From Eledone cirrhosa (lineage: Eukaryota): a stretch of 64,000 nucleotides of DNA. Positions 53,345 through 64,000 of the stretch are shown piece after piece. Location: the NCBI GenBank assembly GCA_964016885.1, contig OZ024742.1, positions 275,218,001-275,282,000 of the forward strand, read 5' to 3'. How positions within the stretch are numbered: the first letter of the stretch is position 1; each line of letters begins with the position of its first letter. Made by a program: the position numbers and the translations under genes. Below the pieces are notes generated by a model that was given only the letters and a program-made list of their open reading frames with translations, searched no databases and was not told the origin of the DNA.

Positions 53345-53525
53345 TGTTTCTACTTTGGGCACGAGGCCAGCAATTACCCAGTATATTGCTGGTACTTTAT
53401 TTTATCGACCCCGTAAGGATGAAAGGCAAAGTTAACTTCAGAGGGATTTGAACTCATAATGGAAAAGGCCGTAACTCTTTGCGTCAAAGCATGGCGTCCG
53501 ACCCTCTACCGATACTGCCAATCCA
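53345..53525 (-). mobile_element. tRNA-derived SINE
   Basis: Reverse-complement homolog of 20918-21106 with A and B boxes; short AATAAT flanks. Confidence 0.88.
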
Positions 53526-53572
53526 AATAATAGCACTGTAATAGGGAAAAGAGAATAATAATTGAATTTTTT

Positions 53573-54673
53573 CATCATCATCATCATCATCTGGTGGACT
53601 CAGCCGAAATGGACTCAACAATTGATCTCCACATGGGTCTGTCGTTCATTGCCGTTGCTAAATCCTGGATTTCAATACTAGAATCTCTGGAGATGGCATC
53701 TTGGTCAGAGAGCTTGCGCCCTCTGTTATTAGTGACTGCTTGTGGTTTCCAAAGCACTAATGGGGACACAGACTCGTAGGTGGCACGATGGCAGTGGGCA
53801 GAAAATCTTACTCTCCTTTTACGTAGAACGTCAGATGTGCGTGGGAGGCCGGCATATATCTCTCCCAAAGGCAGATGTCGCCAGCTTATGTTCTGAATGC
53901 GTTGAGTGTAGGTGCCATCAAGGTACTTTTGTTGTTTGAATAAAAGCGACCACGTTTCTCTTCCATATAGCAAGATTGTTTGAATTGTTACTTGGAAGAG
54001 TCTGATCTTGGTAGGGTTGGAACGATTTGAGCACCAAACTCGAAACTCGATCCTTCTTGTTGCAAGCTGACCATGCTTGGGCCTTTCTGGTGGCGAAATA
54101 CGTCTCATAGTCCATGATCCAGGACCCAAGATACTTGAAAACTTCGTCTTGGTTGATCACTTGCTTGATACCAACAGACAAATGGCTCTAGTTTTTGTTG
54201 ACTTTAGAAAAGCTTTTGACAGCATAAACAGAGATTTTGTTTGAAATTCTACCCTTGTATGGCATACCAGCAAGACTTGTGGAAGCAATTAAGGCTTTGT
54301 ATCTCAAAACAAATACTACTATCAACACCCCTAATGGCCCAACAGTGTTTTTGACATCTCAGCAGGTGTGCTGCATGGTGACATTCCTCTTTACCATTGC
54401 TCTAGACTACGCCCTGAGACTCTCAGTTGTCAAAATCAATAAAAAAAAGGTATAATCTTCAAACCCCGCATGAGCTCCAGGCACCACTCTAAACATCTTA
54501 CTGACCTGACTTTGCGGATGACATTGCACTTTTTGCAGATTGCCTAGAAAATGCGCCACAACTTTTGACATCTCTCCAGGAAGCAGCCGTCCTCGTTGGC
54601 CTTCATCTCAACGAGGGTAAAACAGAGTACTTATCAAACTGTACAGGCGGCAAAAGCATATGCAATCAACGGC
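53573..54673 (-). mobile_element. RTE-clade LINE, 5'-truncated with 5' inversion
   Basis: 3' part on minus (FKYLGS...LLYGRETW, (TGA)n tail) 53573-54180; upstream RT part (VDFRKAFD...FADD...GLHLNEGKTEY) on plus 54181-54673; approximate TSD ATTGA(A)TTTT. Confidence 0.85.
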
Positions 54674-56765
54674 ATTGATTTTCTTTTTTTTACGGTCTTA
54701 ATGTCGAATTTAATTACGGTCTTAAGCTCGAAATTGAAAATAGCAATAGAGTAGTTAACTACATAGACATAACGTTAAACCTTATTTCTGGCCTTTACTA
54801 CCCATACCATGAATTAAATGAAAATCTTGATTATGTTAGCTACAAGTCTAGCCACACTAGAAACGTTAAGAAGGCCATAGTTAATAGTGTTCAGCAAATA
54901 ATCTCTAGACTCTCAGCTAATAAGGAAATGTTCGATTGTAAGACCAGTTGCTATAATAATGCATTAAAGAGAGAAGGTAACGATGAAAAATTTGAGTACA
55001 CAGATATTGATAAAAATAATTACACCCCACCGCATAGAAATAAGCAAACAATAGATATTAACACCAATATAAATACAGTTTATGACAATTATAATAATCT
55101 AGGTATCCGAACCCTAAACTGTAGAGTCAGGACAAATCAAAATTCGAATGGACATAACTCCTATACAACTAATAAGTCACAAAAGAAGGTTCGATCTCGT
55201 TCCGTTCTGTGGTATAATCCTATAACTCACCAATATCTATAGGAATTAAGAAGAACTTAGATTGTCTTTTCTTTAACGCACTTGATAAATGTTTTTCTAG
55301 ATCACATAAATACAGTAAAAGCTTTAACCGACACACAATTAAACTTTCCTACTCGACTACTAAAAATATTGCCCGAAATATAGCTAAAATTAACAATAGA
55401 AATCTTGGAATTAAAAATAAGGAAATAACTCACAATAATAATCATAGAATCACTAATTGAATTAACAACATCTCAAATAACAGTCATAATTCCATTAACA
55501 TAGACGAGGAAATCTACCGAATTATGAACACAGAGTGTGAAATTCAAATAGTAACGTAAATAATTGTAATTGTAAAAAACCGTAATATTTTCCCACTTAA
55601 TGATAACTGTCTTGATCGTAAATTAGTTTATAAATGCATAGTTAAAATGGATATCAAGTCTTATAGTTATAATAGTGTTACTTCTTCTAAATTTAAAGAA
55701 AGGTGGTATAACCATCGCCACTCGTTGAAAAGAAACGATAAAAGATTTAATACGGCGCTCTCTGAATGGATTTGGTCCCTTAAAAATAATAATATTGAAT
55801 ATTCTCGGCAGAAATGTCTCGTGCTTTGCCTTATGAAAATGCATCTATATGTAAGGGATGTGATATTTGTACCACAGAGATTCCCCACATCATTCAAAAT
55901 CGGCATTTAATTATAAATAAACGTTCTGATATCTTCAGTTCTTGTCTTCAGAAGTTCGGAAAAACGTTTCATACTGTATTTAGTTAAATATTAAATAAAA
56001 TGTAATAGACTATTAAATAAATGATATAAATGTTTCTTTATATATAGTTTTCTGTTATTTTATTTATAAAGTGTTAGAAAACTGAATAAAACAAATAAGT
56101 ATTATAATATTTCTTCATCATAACTTTTACATCTATTTTAACTTTAATTAGTATATAAACGAATTAATTTTAATATTAATTCATATATTAGGCTATAATA
56201 CTTTCATTTTTCTTACATATCCTAGCCAATTATAAATTAGTAAAGCCAATTGTTACTTTTTATTCTTCTCTCATAATATCTACTAAATTGAATTGTATAT
56301 ATAAACTACGATAGATTGCCTACGAATTTATTACTTTATAATGTTATTTATTATATAGTTACATTATTAACTTGCATCTTCAAATATATATCTTTTAGTA
56401 TATTATCTAATTTAATGTAACTTAAGTTATAATAAATAGCCTAACGGTCAATATTTGGTTTGTGTTGATTTTCTTTATACCAATCCAATACCATTATACG
56501 CTCGAAAATTTGAGACTGTCAAAACTTACTGTAATATTTCTCCTACTCAAATAATACCTGCTGAAATGAGGTTTTTATATCTCGTATGATTCTTGGCTAC
56601 AGATTTGAACATCTCGTCTGACAGCCTGCATATCAAATGATTTGTACATTTCCAGTGAATGTTATCTAAAGAGAACATGTTTTGGCTTATCTTATACACA
56701 AGCCTTGAATGTTCGAAATAAGTATTATCAAGTAAATTGGGATGGTTTAAAGTAATTGGCTTTCG

Positions 56766-56884
<119 letters not shown>

Positions 56885-57066
56885 GTAAAAAGCTGATGTA
56901 ACATAAATCGTTTAATCATTATAATTATTTCCACGGTTCTCCATGCAATCGTGATGTCCTCCATACAATTGTTGTTGAGAACGGTATCCTCAGATGAAAT
57001 CCAATTTATTTATATGCTGCCGGCAGGAGAAAACACACGTCCTTTCGCTTGTGTACCCGGCATAGA

Positions 57067-57072
<6 letters not shown>

Positions 57073-57102
<30 letters not shown>

Positions 57103-57103
57103 C

Positions 57104-57194
<91 letters not shown>
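57073..57194. repeat. (AAT)n microsatellite
   Basis: Direct sequence. Confidence 0.95.
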
Positions 57195-58420
57195 GGGAAG
57201 AAGACGCACGAGGTGACGGAGGTCATGAAATCGCTCCCGTAAGTTTTGAATTTTTAACATATTTAAATCATTTGTGAAATAACAACTCTTAGTACAAATG
57301 CTACGTAAAGCACCCGGCTTGAGCCCAAAAAAATTCGGACCCAAAATATATTGTTATAAGGCTCAAATATTCAAATATTCAACTTTGTATTGTACACTGT
57401 ATATCCAAAAAAAAAAAAAAAATGGCTATAAATGGAAGAAGAAGAACCCCCCCCCCCCCTCCTCTCCTCTGGCTACACTATATAGGACAGCTAAACTCAC
57501 CAACACCAGAAACTAGATACACCACCCACCCCATCATCTGTGTACACTAAACACAACAGCATTTTCACCTTCACCGCCACCGCTCACTACGGCCATCATT
57601 ACCACCACTATCCCATCACCGCCGCCACCACCCCTTGACTCCTTCACTGCTGCTGCCACCGCTACAGCACCATCACTACAGTAATACGGCTCAAATATTC
57701 AAATATTCAACTTTGTATTGTACACTGTATATCCAAAAAAAATAAAATGGCTATAAATGGAAGAAGAAGAACCCCCCCCCCTCCTCTCCTCTGGCTACAC
57801 TATATAGGACAGCTAAACTCACCAACACCAGAAACTAGATACACCACCCACCCCATCATCTGTGTACACTAAACACAACAGCATTTTCACCTTCACCGCC
57901 ACCGCTCACTGCGGCCATCATTACCACCACTATCCCATCACCGCCGCCACCACCCCTTGACTCCTTCACTGCTGCTGCCACCGCTACAGCACCATCACTA
58001 CAGTAATACGGTCGCATCACCGCCACCACTGCCTCGGTATCGACATCACCACCACCACTGTCTCAGTATCGCCAACGCCGCCAGTCTCTGCTGGCTGCCA
58101 CTTCCACATTATAGAATTCCTACTACTAACAAAGAGGAAGGCATCAAAATATATAGATAGACTCAAAAGAAAAAAGAAAAAACAAACAACAAAACCAAAG
58201 CAGCACAGCAACTACAGCAAAAAAAAAAAAAAAAAAAAAAACGAGAAAAACAAACAGAGAAAAACAAAAACAAAAAAAGAAACCCCAAAAACGTAAAGAA
58301 AATAAGAATGAAGAGAGAAGCAGGCGGACGGACAGAGAAGAGGGGGGAAAAAGTAAAACTTAAAAAACAAAAACTAAGTCAGACATTCGAATACTACATT
58401 ACAATGAAACTTATGCTTAT
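57195..58420 (+). mobile_element. Probable Tx1-like 5'UTR/ORF1 remnant containing a ~325-bp tandem duplication (57360-57687 / 57688-58009)
   Basis: GAAGACG start and AAATATTC motif like other Tx1 5'UTRs; A-run before ATG; PHYRIPTTNKEE resembles ORF1 PCYSIDLTNREE. Confidence 0.5.
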
Positions 58421-61400
58421 TCATTTTTGGGGCCCTTTCTGCCCGTGTGTTTGTTTGTTTATGTGTGTCCGTATACAGCGTGGTGATAATGCCACACAAG
58501 GGCCAAGTGGGATGGCGGATCCACAGATGGCTATGTAAACATACGTTCGCCAATCCTCGATAAGAGTGTTTAAATATCGAACATAAACAGTTCGAATAAC
58601 GGTGAAATGGAGACTAGAACGTCATGTGACAGACTCTCACCCAACAGGTGCCCCCTGGCTCAGCAGCAGGAACCTGACTGTCAACCAAATACTGCTGATG
58701 TTGTAGGAAGAAGAAGAAGGAAAGGGGCCAGAACCAACTGGACGAAAGAATTGAATAGAACTGTTATGCAATGCTACCTGAAAAGTGACCCCAAGGAGAG
58801 GGGCTACAGGAGACGGATGCATAACATCTGGAACGAGATTGGTTTATTTAAATTAGATGAACAAAAATTGGCCGGGCAGGCTCGGGTAATAAGAACTAAT
58901 GGGTGGATAAGCGAGCTGGAACTGGAGGAACTGAGCAGAGAGAATGGCTTGGAGATGGCGGGTGTAGTATGCCAGACAAGCGAGCCGGCGGGAAATGAAG
59001 GTGAGGAGGTCCTGAGAACGGAGGAACCACCCGAAGCAGACAATGATCTGAATACTGAGATAAATAATACCTGGAACAGAGATACGGCCACTGAGGAGAT
59101 GAATGCTGACGGGCTAGGACAAGATTCGGTTGACATCCTAAATTTAGTGGTAGATGAGTTGAACAATGATAGTGGGAGACCTATGAACCTAAGATTTGTA
59201 GACAGGAAAAAGTTAAAAGAAACAACAGCTAAGGTAAACAAAGTCATCCCATACCTTGAGGCGAGGAGTCTTCACCAGTGCAACAATATCCTCAAAGCAA
59301 CAGCAAATACGGTGAGGAAACTACTTGGTATAAAAGCGAGAGGAAACAACAGACAAGAAAGAGCAGAGCCGTGGTGGAAGAAGCGACTGAGTGGGCAAAT
59401 CGGGGAAATGAGAAATGACATAGGAAAGCTTGAGTCACTACTGAATGGGACACTAAAAAACATAGGCACTAAAAATAGACTGGAAATAAAATACAAAACT
59501 AGGAGTAAAAAGCTAAATATTATCATAGAGGAATTGAAGCAACGCATTGTAGCAAAGAGTGCCAAAATCAGGCGATACGAGAACAGAGTCAGTCAGTATA
59601 AACAGAACCGCATGTTCGACAACAACCAGAAGATACTGTTTGGACAGCTTGAGGGGAAAGAAAGAGGCAACGACTTGATCCCTGGGGCGGAACAAGCTAA
59701 AACATTCTGGAGAGGAATATGGGAGCAGGATGTTAGACACAATGCCCAGGCAGGGTGGATTGAGACAGTACAGAGGGAGATCGGTGAGCAGGCACAACAA
59801 CAGACTGATTTGAGTATCACAGTTGAAACTCTTAAGGGGCAAGCCAAAAAACTAACCAACTGGAAATCACCAGGCCCAGATGGTGTGCAGGGGTATTGGA
59901 TTAAACATTTAACATCCCTCCACCCGAAGCTGACGGCCATGTTCAATGACTGCTTGGTGTCGGGTGAGGTGCCAGAGTGGTTGACAAAAGGTACCACAGT
60001 TCTGATAATGAAAGACCGAAGCAAGGGTAATGATGTTACCAACTATAGACCTATCACATGTCTGCCCGTAATGTGGAAACTGTTGACGAGCATTGTGTCT
60101 GAGGAAATCTACCATCACCTCCACACAAACAACTTGTTACCGGACGAACAGAAAGGATGCCGAAAGAAGTCACGTGGTACAAAGGACCAGTTGCTTATTG
60201 ATAAGATGGTAATGGGGAATTGCAGGAGGAGACACGCTGATCTTGCCATGGGATGGATAGACTACAGAAAGGCATTTGACATGGTGCCTCATTCCTGGAT
60301 CACCAAAAGCCTGGAGATCTTCAGGGTGGCAGATAACATCAGACAGTTGCTGGGCAGGAGTATGGGGTCCTGGGAGACAGAGTTGACATCAACTGGAGTA
60401 TCCTTGGGAAGCGTGAAGATCAAGAGAGGTATCTTCCAGGGAGATAGCCTGTCCCCTCTGTTGTTTGTCCTTGCCCTGATGCCCTTGACCATTATGCTGC
60501 GAAAAGTGAGAGCAGGATACAAGTTGGGAAGGGGAGAGCTTACCATCAATCACCTCCTCTTCATGGACGATCTTAAGCTCTTCGGGAAAAGTGAGAAGGA
60601 GTTGGATGTGCTTGTTGACACTGTCCGTATTTTCAGCAGTGATATATGTATGCAGTTTGGTATTGGTAAATGTGGAGTCATTGTGATGAGGAGGGGTAGG
60701 TTGAGCAGAAGTAACGGGATCCAGATACCAACAGGTGAGATGATAAAGGAAATTGACTCTGAGGAAGGATACAAGTATTTGGGCGTTCTGGAGGCTGATG
60801 GCATAAAGAACAAAAAAATGAAGGAATTGTTAAGAACTGAATACATTCGGAGAGTAAGGAGCGTATTGAAGTCACATCTGAACAGCAGAAATGCCATAAG
60901 CGCAGTAAATTCCCGAGCTGTGTCTATTATTAGGTACAGTGCGGGAATTCTGAGATGGAATGTTGCTGAACAAAAAGAAATGGATAGGAAGACTAGGAAG
61001 CTATTGACTATCTACAACATGTTCCACAAGAGGAGTGATGTCGATAGACTCTACCTAAGGAGATCTGAGGGTGGAAGAGGTCTTATCAGCATAGAGGACT
61101 GTGTTCAGATGGAGAAAAACAACCTATACAAATACGTGACCTATAGTAAGGAGCCAATGCTCAGAGCTGTACTGAAGGAGGGGACAGTAGGCCAGGGGAT
61201 ATCCAAGGAGGAAATAACATCAAGGAGGAAGAGCAGCCTTAAGGGAAAATCCCTTCATAGTACCTTCTTTGAGAAAACTGAATTTAGAGATCCACAGACA
61301 TGGAACTGGTTGAGAAGAGGAGACCTCAAAAAGGCTACAGAAGGAATGCTAATGGCTGCGCAGGAGCAGGCCCTCAAAACGAAGTGGTTGAAGCACCATA

Positions 61401-62073
61401 TCTACAAGGAGGAGGCTAGCCCACTGTGCAGGATCTGTGGAGAGAGAGAGGAGACTGTGGCCCACATTGTGGCCGAGTGTAAACACCTAGCCCAGACCCA
61501 CTATAAGGGCTGGAGACACGATGTGATGGGCAGGGTGATCCACTGGCACCTGTGCAAAGTAAACAATCTACCACATTCTGAGAAATGGTATGAGCATAGG
61601 CCAGAGGCGGTGATGGAGAACAGTCAGGTGAAGGTGCTGTGGGATTTTAGGATACAGACGGACAAAAAACTGGAACACAATAGACCTGACCTGGTGGTTG
61701 TGGACAAAGAAAAAAGATCGTGCCTGATTGTGGATGTGGCCTGCCCGTTCGACACGAGAGTGCAAGAGAAGGAGAGGGAGAAAATTAACCGATACCAGGA
61801 CCTAAAGTGGGAGGTGAAAAGGATTTGGAACTGCCATGAAGTCAAAGTGATCCCGATTGTCATAGGCGCACTGGGGACTATCTCCAAAGGTTTCCAGGGA
61901 TGGTTAAAGAAAATCGGCCCCTTCACGCTTTTTGGAACGCTTCAAAAGGCATGCTTGCTTGGAACGGCAAGAACCCTCCGATACGTCCTGAATATCTGAG
62001 GCTGCAGGTAGTGGCTTGATATTCAATCCAACGGACTTTCCAGTTAACCAACATCAATGACTGAGATTCAAGG
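58420..62073 (+). mobile_element. Apparently complete R4/Dong-clade RLE retrotransposon (family B)
   Basis: Single long intact ORF, short 3'UTR, (AAT)n tail 62074-62101; 5' boundary approximate. Confidence 0.93.
58607..61999 (+). CDS. R4/Dong-type polyprotein: N-terminal (probably Myb-like) region, RT, CCHC zinc finger, restriction-like endonuclease (1130 aa, intact)
   Basis: KSPGPDG, YRPITCL, DYRKAFD, GIFQGDSLSP, FMDD; CRICGEREETVAHIVAEC; RHD; RPDLVVVD...VDVACP...K..RYQDL. Confidence 0.96.
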   Translation: METRTSCDRLSPNRCPLAQQQEPDCQPNTADVVGRRRRKGARTNWTKELNRTVMQCYLKSDPKERGYRRRMHNIWNEIGLFKLDEQKLAGQARVIRTNGWISELELEELSRENGLEMAGVVCQTSEPAGNEGEEVLRTEEPPEADNDLNTEINNTWNRDTATEEMNADGLGQDSVDILNLVVDELNNDSGRPMNLRFVDRKKLKETTAKVNKVIPYLEARSLHQCNNILKATANTVRKLLGIKARGNNRQERAEPWWKKRLSGQIGEMRNDIGKLESLLNGTLKNIGTKNRLEIKYKTRSKKLNIIIEELKQRIVAKSAKIRRYENRVSQYKQNRMFDNNQKILFGQLEGKERGNDLIPGAEQAKTFWRGIWEQDVRHNAQAGWIETVQREIGEQAQQQTDLSITVETLKGQAKKLTNWKSPGPDGVQGYWIKHLTSLHPKLTAMFNDCLVSGEVPEWLTKGTTVLIMKDRSKGNDVTNYRPITCLPVMWKLLTSIVSEEIYHHLHTNNLLPDEQKGCRKKSRGTKDQLLIDKMVMGNCRRRHADLAMGWIDYRKAFDMVPHSWITKSLEIFRVADNIRQLLGRSMGSWETELTSTGVSLGSVKIKRGIFQGDSLSPLLFVLALMPLTIMLRKVRAGYKLGRGELTINHLLFMDDLKLFGKSEKELDVLVDTVRIFSSDICMQFGIGKCGVIVMRRGRLSRSNGIQIPTGEMIKEIDSEEGYKYLGVLEADGIKNKKMKELLRTEYIRRVRSVLKSHLNSRNAISAVNSRAVSIIRYSAGILRWNVAEQKEMDRKTRKLLTIYNMFHKRSDVDRLYLRRSEGGRGLISIEDCVQMEKNNLYKYVTYSKEPMLRAVLKEGTVGQGISKEEITSRRKSSLKGKSLHSTFFEKTEFRDPQTWNWLRRGDLKKATEGMLMAAQEQALKTKWLKHHIYKEEASPLCRICGEREETVAHIVAECKHLAQTHYKGWRHDVMGRVIHWHLCKVNNLPHSEKWYEHRPEAVMENSQVKVLWDFRIQTDKKLEHNRPDLVVVDKEKRSCLIVDVACPFDTRVQEKEREKINRYQDLKWEVKRIWNCHEVKVIPIVIGALGTISKGFQGWLKKIGPFTLFGTLQKACLLGTARTLRYVLNI

Positions 62074-62101
62074 AATAACAATAACAATAATAATAATAAT
62101 A

Positions 62102-63939
62102 AGAGAAGTTAACATTAATTGTGGAATTTTTCAGGGTGACTCTTTATCACCGCTTTTATTCTGCATCGCACTTATACCATTAAGTAAAATGCTCAATGAA
62201 ACAAAACATGGATATAGAGTCTATGACAAAACCATTAATCACCTGTTCTACATGGATGACCTGAAACTATTTGCAAAAAATGATGAACAATTGCAAGGGC
62301 TATTATCCACTGTGAAGCAGTTCAGTGATGACATTAAAATGGAGTTTGGACTGGATAAATGCGCCAAAGCAACGTTCACCAGAGGAAAGCTGCTGAAGAG
62401 TTCAGACATTAATCTTGATCGGGGGAACGTGATAAGAGAGCTTGATCAAGAACAAACTTACAAATATCTAGGTGTTTGTGAAGGAGACGGAATCAAGCAC
62501 TCGACAATGAGGGAAAGGATAAGGAAGGAATGTTACCGCAGAGTCAGAGCAATCTTAAGAACGGAATTGAATGCAAGGAATAGGATCGATGCCATAAACA
62601 CGCTTGCCATACCAGTAGTAACCTACAGTTACAATGTCATCAACTGGTCAAGCACAGAGATCCGTAGGCTCGATACAAAAATCCGAAAATTCTTAACCAT
62701 GCACAGAATGCATCACCCTAAGGCAGACATAGATAGAATATATCTCCCTAGGAAAGAAGGAGGACGTGGGTTAATCCAGTTAGACATTGCGTTGAAAACT
62801 GCAACAATTGGATTATCCACATATCTAAGGTAATCACATGATTGGATGATCAAACTCGTTTTGAAACACGAAAGCACCAAAAGATCATATTCCATTACAA
62901 AAGATGCACAAAGATACAGTAATGGACTACAAATTTCAGAAGTCCCATTTACTGCTGAAATGGAAAACACAGAAAAAGCAAAGCAGGTAAAAGTAACTGC
63001 AAAGAAAGAACTGCTACAGAAACTGGCTAAGAAATGGCAAGAAAAGCCTCTGTATGGAAAATACCCAGAGCGAGCTAACAATCCTGATGTTGACAAAACT
63101 TTAACCCATCAGTGGTTGGCATCCTCTGGACTGAAATCGGAGACTGAAGGACTGATTATATCCGCACAAGATCAGTGTCTGCCAACAAAAAATTACCAAG
63201 CCAACATAATAAAAAATGGGTGCAGCCCATTATGCCGTGTATGCAAAAAACAATCAGAGACCATTGACCATATAATTTCAATGCGCAGTCCTATAGCTCC
63301 AACCGAATACCTAAACAGGCATGACAGAGCTGCACAATACATACATTGGATAATGTGTAAGCATTTTGACCTGCCCCATCAAAAGAATTGGTGGGAGCAT
63401 CAACCACCTCCCATACTTGAAAAAGATCACATCTCAATCTTGTGGAACTTTAGCATCCAAACAGACCGAAAAATAGATGCAAATAGACCTGATATAATAT
63501 TGAAGGACTTTCAAAGGAGGGTATGCCTGCTAATTGATATGTCTGTTCCAATAGACAAGAATGTATCTATAAAAACATTTGAAAAATTGAGCAAGTATAA
63601 GGACCTGGAGATAGAAATTGGAAAAATGTGGAAATTGAGAACTAAAACAATACCAGTGGTTGTAGGCGCTCTGGGAATGATACCTAAGGGGTCTAACGAC
63701 TACTTATCGCAAATCCCAGGAAACCCGCGTATAGGAGAAATACAAAAGATAGTACTAATGGGAACTGCCCATATACTAAGGAAGATCCTGTCAATATAAG
63801 TACATCACAAGTCTAAACACTAAGGATGCATGTGTGAATATGTGTGTTCTTTCTTGAACATGGCGGATCTTGTTGTCTCTTGAGGTCACTGGTTGTGACT
63901 TGGTGATAACTCGTATAAACATAAAGCAAGATAAATGCA

Positions 63940-63940
<1 letters not shown>
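62102..63940 (+). mobile_element. 5'-truncated young Dong family A copy with a single nonsense codon at 62831
   Basis: Starts right after the AAT tract at EVNINCGIFQGD; near-identical to 30600-32340; GAA>TAA change; (AAT)n tail 63941-63967. Confidence 0.94.
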
Positions 63941-63967
<27 letters not shown>

Positions 63968-63970
<3 letters not shown>

Positions 63971-64000
63971 TGGTATGAGCATAGGCCAGAGGCGGTGATG
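63968..64000 (+). mobile_element. Start of another 5'-truncated Dong family B copy
   Basis: AAATGGTATGAGCATAGGCCAGAGGCGGTGATG is identical to 61583-61615 and directly follows (AAT)n. Confidence 0.88.

Larger units (their letters stand above)
52990..55985 (+). mobile_element. Penelope-like element (related to 14165-21600), interrupted by a SINE and an RTE
   Basis: DITMNSSDSAQVTDLV, GLYRDD, FNRHTIKLSYS, CNC..CL..VYKC, KFKERWYNH. Confidence 0.82.

Noticed and set aside
58431-58570. Canonical HDV-like ribozyme at the Dong B 5' end
   Set aside because: TCCTCG is present, but the P3/P1 order and pairing do not fit.

Overview
Eukaryotic, microsatellite-rich window made almost entirely of nested transposable elements; I can support no host gene. 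The SINE and repeat style suggest an octopod mollusc, but that is inference. Contents: at least three families of Tx1/L1-clade LINEs (APE-RT-CCHC ORF2, zinc-knuckle ORF1), including a full-length copy at ~15.0-20.8 kb with an intact 1139-aa ORF2; two or three families of R4/Dong-clade RLE-type LINEs, including an intact 1130-aa ORF at 58607-61999; Penelope-like GIY-YIG elements; an internally deleted Helitron; a 5'-inverted RTE; and a tRNA-derived SINE. The main pattern is that Tx1 LINEs, Dong LINEs and the SINE cluster in (AAT)n/(ATT)n tracts, with Tx1/SINE reading ATT and Dong reading AAT on their sense strands (two exceptions near 57-58 kb), giving tandem and tail-to-tail arrays. Divergent Tx1 families also share a splice-donor-like motif ~30-45 nt from the 5' end, a pyrimidine-tract/AG acceptor-like motif just before the ORF2 ATG, and a covarying 5'UTR hairpin. 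The SINE 3' end resembles the Tx1 3' end. Boundaries of decayed elements are approximate.
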